Made by a program: the position numbers and the translations under genes. The notes under the pieces were generated by a model, which was not told where the DNA came from, did no database searches, and was given only the letters and a program-made list of their open reading frames with translations. From Vicugna vicugna (taxonomy: Eukaryota): a stretch of 64,000 nt of DNA. The stretch spans positions 746,001-810,000 of the forward strand of contig MU061538.1 of assembly GCA_013265495.1 (NCBI GenBank). The letters are read 5' to 3'. This document shows, in pieces, positions 63,389 through 64,000 of the stretch (its first letter is position 1; every line of letters begins with the position of its first letter).

Positions 63389-64000
63389 TATTTCTAGCTT
63401 TTTAATCAAGATACAATTCTCACATAGCATAAAATTCACCCTCTTTTTTTTAAAACACCTTTCCTGTGGTATGATTCCTGTACAATAAACGACACATATT
63501 TCAGACATAGGATCTAATGAAAAATTCACCCACTCATAGTGTATAATCCAGGGGTTTTGTGCATCCACTGAGTTGTGCGACCACCCCCATTGCCAACTGC
63601 AGAGCAATTTCTTCAGCCCCCACCCCCTCCCCAGACGCCGTCCATCTGCTTTCTGTCTCTGCATTTGCCTGTTCCAGACAGTCCATGTAAAAGGAACTGT
63701 TTTCTTTTTCCCTTTCAACTTAACTCGGATTTTATTAGGCGCAGCAGCGTCTGCGTGTATTTGGATCAGTAGCATGTGTCCATGTGAGGCGCATCCGTTA
63801 AGCCGGCCTCCGAGAGCCTTCGGCCCACAGCCTCTGATGCACCAGCTCTGCTGATGGGCGCCTGCTCCCCAGGCACCTGCAGGAGAGCACAAAGCCGTAC
63901 AGGTTAGCGTGTGCTGCGTGACTGGAGTAGCGGGAATGGAGTTACCCCAAGTGCTCGTTACTAGTCAATTGGTGGACTTAGCCATGGTGGCACTGTGCGG

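Overview
Mammalian genomic DNA, most likely camelid (judged from tRNA-Ala-derived SINEs with an AAATAAACCTAATTACCTCCCCC tail resembling Vic-1). Bases 1-42.4 kb hold the 5' part of DNAJB6 (Hsp40/MRJ co-chaperone) on the minus strand: a CpG-island promoter with HSE, NRF1, ETS and GC-box motifs, non-coding exon 1, coding exons 2-7 and the start of exon 8. All introns are GT-AG and phases are consistent. The gene continues off the left edge. Bases 43-64 kb are intergenic, rich in repeats (LTRs, L1, MER5A, SINEs), and contain one assembly gap. The most notable observation is a Met-less, strongly acidic ORF inside intron 5 (7568-7932, minus). It begins at a splice acceptor in phase with exon 5 and ends with a stop codon and an AATAAA signal, suggesting an alternative terminal exon giving a ~236-aa J-domain + G/F + acidic-tail isoform. 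Comparisons with human DNAJB6 and with repeat consensus sequences are from memory and need database confirmation.
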